Below are positions 32,113 through 36,094 of a stretch of 36,094 bases of DNA, one piece after another. This DNA is from Macrostomum lignano. Lineage: Eukaryota. The translations under genes were made by a program, and so were the position numbers. The notes beneath the pieces are model-generated. The model searched no databases and was not told the DNA's origin. It was given only the letters and a program-made list of their open reading frames with translations. The stretch is from positions 1-36,094 of the forward strand of contig NIVC01004754.1 in assembly GCA_002269645.1 (NCBI GenBank), written 5' to 3'. Positions within the stretch are counted from its first letter, which is position 1; every line of letters starts with the position of its first letter.

Positions 32113-34350
32113 CGAGTGGAACTCCTCCTTCGGAGGAGAAAGGGGAAGAACTCCCATCACCGGAATTCTATTCCCTGAAATATCCATCAACTGAAATTCC
32201 ATGTCTTTAACCCTATCTTCCAAATCGTCTCCAAATTCTTTACAAAATCTTTCAAAGACCATAGCTCAAAGACTCTCAAGTCTCTCATATCTCCTCTCTC
32301 CTCTCTCTCATCTCATCTCTACCCCTGCTCCCTTATTTATCTCTTCTCCCTCGTCTTTCGTCTGTACCTTCTCCTGTCTTCTGTCTCCTCTCTTCACTCT
32401 TATCTCTCCCTCTTCTCTCCTCTCTCATATGTCATCTCTACTCACTTATCTATCGTCTCTCTTAACCCTCTCTCTCTCTTCTCTTTTCTCTTCTCTCTGC
32501 TCTCATTTCTCATATTTCATATACGCTCTGACACTACTTTCTTGTCTCCCATCTTTCTTCCTCCTTTTCACTATCCCCTGTCTCTTCTCTTCTCTCTTTT
32601 CTATTCTCTCCATTCTCTCTTTTCTCCTTTCCTTGCTCCTTTCATCTCTCTCCTCTCTCCTCACTCTCTTCTCCTTTCGCTTCTCTCTCTCTCTCTCCTC
32701 TCATCTTTACTACCTTATTTATATCTTCTCCTAGTCTTTCGTCTGTACTCTCTCCTGTCTCCTCTCTCCCCTCCTCTCTCATCCCTCATCTCCTCATCTC
32801 ACTCTTTCTTTCTCCTCTACTCTCCCCTCTCTTCTATTGCCTCTGTACGCTCTTATCCCTCATCTATTCTCTTCCTATCATCTCCAATCTGTCATGTCTA
32901 ATCTCTCCACTCAATTATACTCTGTTTTCTATCATCTCTTCTCTCTTCTCTTTTCAGTCTTCTCTTTACTCTCTTCTCTGACTGATTGAAGATGCCAAAT
33001 CCATCAAGATCCTCTCCGCGAAGCAAAAATCCTGTCTGTGCAACTAAAAACCATCGAAATCCTCTCAGTGAAACTGGACTCCTTCGAAATCCTCTCCTTG
33101 AAAGTTAAATCCATCAAAATTGTTTCCATAAAACAGAAATCAATCATAAATTATCTCCGCGAAACAGAAAGCCTCTCCGTGAAGCTGAACATGATCGAAA
33201 TCCTCTCCGTGAAACTGAACACCATGGAAATCCTTTCGTGAAACTGAACATCATCGAAATCCTTTCGTGAAACTGAACATCATCGAAATCCTCTCACGAA
33301 ACAGAAATCTTCTCGTCAGAATTTAAACATTGAAATCGTCTCCGCTAAACTTGACTTAATCGAATTTTTTCCGTCAAACAACTCAACTCGCCAGATTCAT
33401 TAGGGTTAGGGTTAGGGTTAGGGTTAGGTTAGGGTTAGAACTACGCACAGCTTCGTGTTAAAAGGCACAGATAAAAATATTGAACTATTTGAATCAATTC
33501 ATTGCGCAACCGATTTCACAGTCAGTCAGTATCAGCCTCAGGTAAAGTTAACAAAAACATTGCGCAATCTAAATCGCCCTCCAATACACAGCAGCAGTGA
33601 GAAGTTGAACCCTCCCCCAACAATCTTTTAGATTAAAGTACAATTTTGCAGAAATTAAAAGTATGGAAATAGTTTTTTCAAATGCTGTGCTTTTTCTTTT
33701 CATATTTAAAGCAAACAACTTATATCCCCGAACTCAGCGTTGCAAGATCTTCCAGCAATATAAGTTTCTCCTCTCAAAGTTTAAAACTCGAGGAACAGTT
33801 AGCGTTTGAAACTGTCTGATTTATAGCATTGAAGTATCGAGTGTACGTTCACTGCCTGCTTGCAAGTTGATGCATTGAATTTCAATGTCCAACAAATACA
33901 CAGGGCTGCCATTGAAAGGCAGGAAAATTATCAGTAGCCATATCATTGCGCAATTATCTATACAGTCAGCCAGTGAGCCAGGGTCCGAATGTACACAGCA
34001 GCCATTTAGAAAACGCCCCATCCCCCACTGGAGAGAAAATACACTGCAGAGATAGGGAAAAGTTGTGGCGCAATCACTTGAAATCATGGCAAATTTCAGC
34101 TCCAAGCAGAAAGAGGGGACAATTAAGATTATCAAAGGTCAAGATTCAAGTTTCTGCTTTTTTGAGGATCTTAGAAATTAAAATTTCAGAATTAAAATAG
34201 CCTTATAGCCGACCTCGGATAATTTCCAATCTTCCCATATAATTTCAACGCTGAGTTGGCACTATTCAAGGAGGAGTTTCGAAATGACAGACAGACATAC
34301 AGACAGACATACAGACAGACAAACAACGCGTCAACTTTAGTATATATAGA
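32113..34350 (-). mobile_element. Helitron-like array copy 6 (type A, 2238 bp)
   Basis: Near-identical to copy 4 apart from scattered 1-nt indels; telomeric tract 33400-33434. Confidence 0.78.
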
Positions 34351-36094
34351 CGAGTGGAACTCCTCCTTCGGAGAGAAAGGGAAGAACTCCCATCACCGGA
34401 ATTCCATTCCCGAAATATCCATCAACTGAAATTCCTGTCTTTAACCTATCTTCCAAATCGTCTCCAAATTCTTTACAAAATCTTTCAAAGACCATAGCTC
34501 AAAGACTCTCAAGTCTCTCATATCTCCTCTCTCCTCTCTCTCATCTCATCTCTACCCCTGCTCCCTTATTTATCTCTTCTCCCTCGTCTTTCGTCTGTAC
34601 CTTCTCCTGTCTTCTGTCTCCTCTCTTCACTCTTATCTCTCCCTCTTCTCTCCTCTCTCATATGTCATCTCTACTCACTTATCTATCGTCTCTCTTAACC
34701 CTCTCTCTCTCTTCTCTTTCTCTTCTCTCTGCTCTCATTTCTCATATTTCATATACGCTCTGACACTACTTTCTTGTCTCCATCTTTCTTCCTCCTTTTC
34801 ACTATCCCCTGTCTCTTCTCTTCTCTCTTTTCTATTCTCTCCATTCTCTCTTTTCTCATTTCCTTGCTCCTTTCATCTCTCTCCTCTCTCCTCACTCTCT
34901 TCTCCTTTCGCTTCTCTCTCCTCTCTCTCCTCTCATCTTTACTACCTTATTTATATCTTCTCCTTAGTCTTTCGTCTGTACTCTCTCCTGTCTCCTCTCT
35001 CCCTGCTCTCTCATCCCTCATCTCCTCATCTCACTCTTTCTTTCTCCTCTACTCTCCCCTCTCTTATATTGCCTCTGTACGCTCTTATCCCTCATCTATT
35101 CTCTCTCCTATCATCTCCAATCTGTCATGTCTAATCTCTCCACTCAATTATACTCTGTTTTCTATCATCTCTTCTCTCTTCTCTTTTCAGTCTTCTCTTT
35201 ACTCTCTTCTCTGACTGATTGAAGATGCCAAATCCATCAAGATCCTCTCCGCGAAGCAAAAATCCTGTCTGTGCAACTAAAAACCATCGAAATCCTCTCA
35301 GTGAAACTGGACTCCTTCGAAAATCCTCTCCTTGAAACTTAAATCCATCAAAATTGTTTCCATAAAACAGAAATCAATCATAAATTATCTCGCGAAACAG
35401 AAAGCCTCTCCGTGAAGCTGAACATGATCGAAATCCTCTCCGTGAAACTGAACACCATGGAAATCCTTTCGTGAAACTGAACATCATCGAAATCCTCTCC
35501 ACGAAACAGAAATCTTCTCCGTCAGAATTTAAACATTGAAATCGTCTCCGTTAAACTTGACTTAATCGAATTTTTTCCGTCAAACAACTTAACTCGCCAG
35601 ATTCATTAGGGTTAGGTTAGGGTTAGGGTTAGGGTTAGAACTACGCACAGCTTCGTGTTAAAAGGCACAGATAAAAATATTGAACAATTGAATCAATTCA
35701 TTGCGCAACCGATTTCACAGTCAGTATCAGTCTCAGTTAAATTTAACCAAAAGATTGCGCAATTTAAATCAACCCTCCAGTACACAGAGACCGACCCCTT
35801 TTCAATACGCTGTGGCAGTTAGAAATTGAACCCCCATCTGTTGGGGGCATTGAACCAAAAAATGAGTACAATCTTTTGCATAAAGCTAAAAGTATGGAAA
35901 TAGTTTTTTTTGATGCTGCTCTTTTAGTCTTTATATTGAAAGCTAACAATTTATATCCTCGAACTCAGCGTTGCAAGATCTTTTTCAGCCAGTATAAGTC
36001 TCTTCTCTTAAAGTTTAGAACTCGAAGAGCAGTTAGCGTTTTGAAAGTTTCCGTTTTAAAGCATTAAAATATCGAGTGTACGTTCATGCCTGCC
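34351..36094 (-). mobile_element. Helitron-like array copy 7 (type B, truncated by window end)
   Basis: Near-identical to the corresponding part of copy 5; telomeric tract 35606-35634. Confidence 0.75.

Larger units (their letters stand above)
19594..36094 (-). mobile_element. Head-to-tail tandem array (at least 7 copies) of a non-autonomous Helitron-like element
   Basis: Copy boundaries on + coordinates: 19594, ~22064, 24276, 26723, 28978, 32113, 34351. On the minus strand each copy starts TCTATATATACTAAAGTTGACGCGTTGTTTGTCTGTCTG (5' TC plus GACA-type microsatellite) and ends with hairpin CTCCTCC-GAA-GGAGGAG, then TTCCA-CTCG. The outermost 3' end is followed by host T. No Rep/helicase ORF is present. 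Confidence 0.78.

Noticed and set aside
21700-34260. Heat-shock element arrays in the Helitron copies, as reported for nematode Helitrons
   Set aside because: I found no properly spaced nGAAnnTTCnnGAAn runs by eye; a motif scan would be needed to exclude them fully.
19594-36094. Array as a CRISPR locus, rDNA/5S/histone cluster, or TRAS/SART-type telomeric retrotransposon
   Set aside because: No unique spacers or cas genes, no rRNA or histone motifs, and no RT/endonuclease ORF or poly(A) tail; the termini fit Helitron rules better.

Overview
Eukaryotic (invertebrate metazoan) genomic DNA with GC-rich exons and AT-rich or minisatellite-filled introns; the taxon cannot be fixed from sequence alone. 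The left 19.5 kb holds three spliced genes that I assembled by hand from GT-AG sites and phase compatibility. (1) The 5' part of a MORN-repeat gene on the minus strand (275-651), broken by three 1-nt homopolymer frameshifts. (2) A complete 6-exon integrin beta subunit on the plus strand (5620-13651, 818 aa). (3) A complete 4-exon gene on the minus strand (16253-19330, 292 aa) encoding an N-terminal TIR domain with the catalytic-position Glu, fused to a predicted three-fold beta-trefoil (fascin/lectin-like) domain. Intergenic DNA carries a fold-back mariner relic, a 191-bp hAT-like MITE with an 8-bp TSD, and weaker LTR/PBS and CORE-SINE-like relics. The right 16.5 kb (19594 to the window end) is a head-to-tail array of at least 7 copies of a 2.2-3.1 kb non-autonomous Helitron-like element on the minus strand (5' TC start, 3' hairpin + CTCG). 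Each copy carries a short (TTAGGG)4-6 tract and a variable number of ~450-bp internal modules, and two copy types alternate. Best candidates for novelty: the TIR/beta-trefoil protein and the telomere-repeat-bearing Helitron concatemer that abuts its 5' end. Most ORFs in the supplied track are artefacts of repeats.
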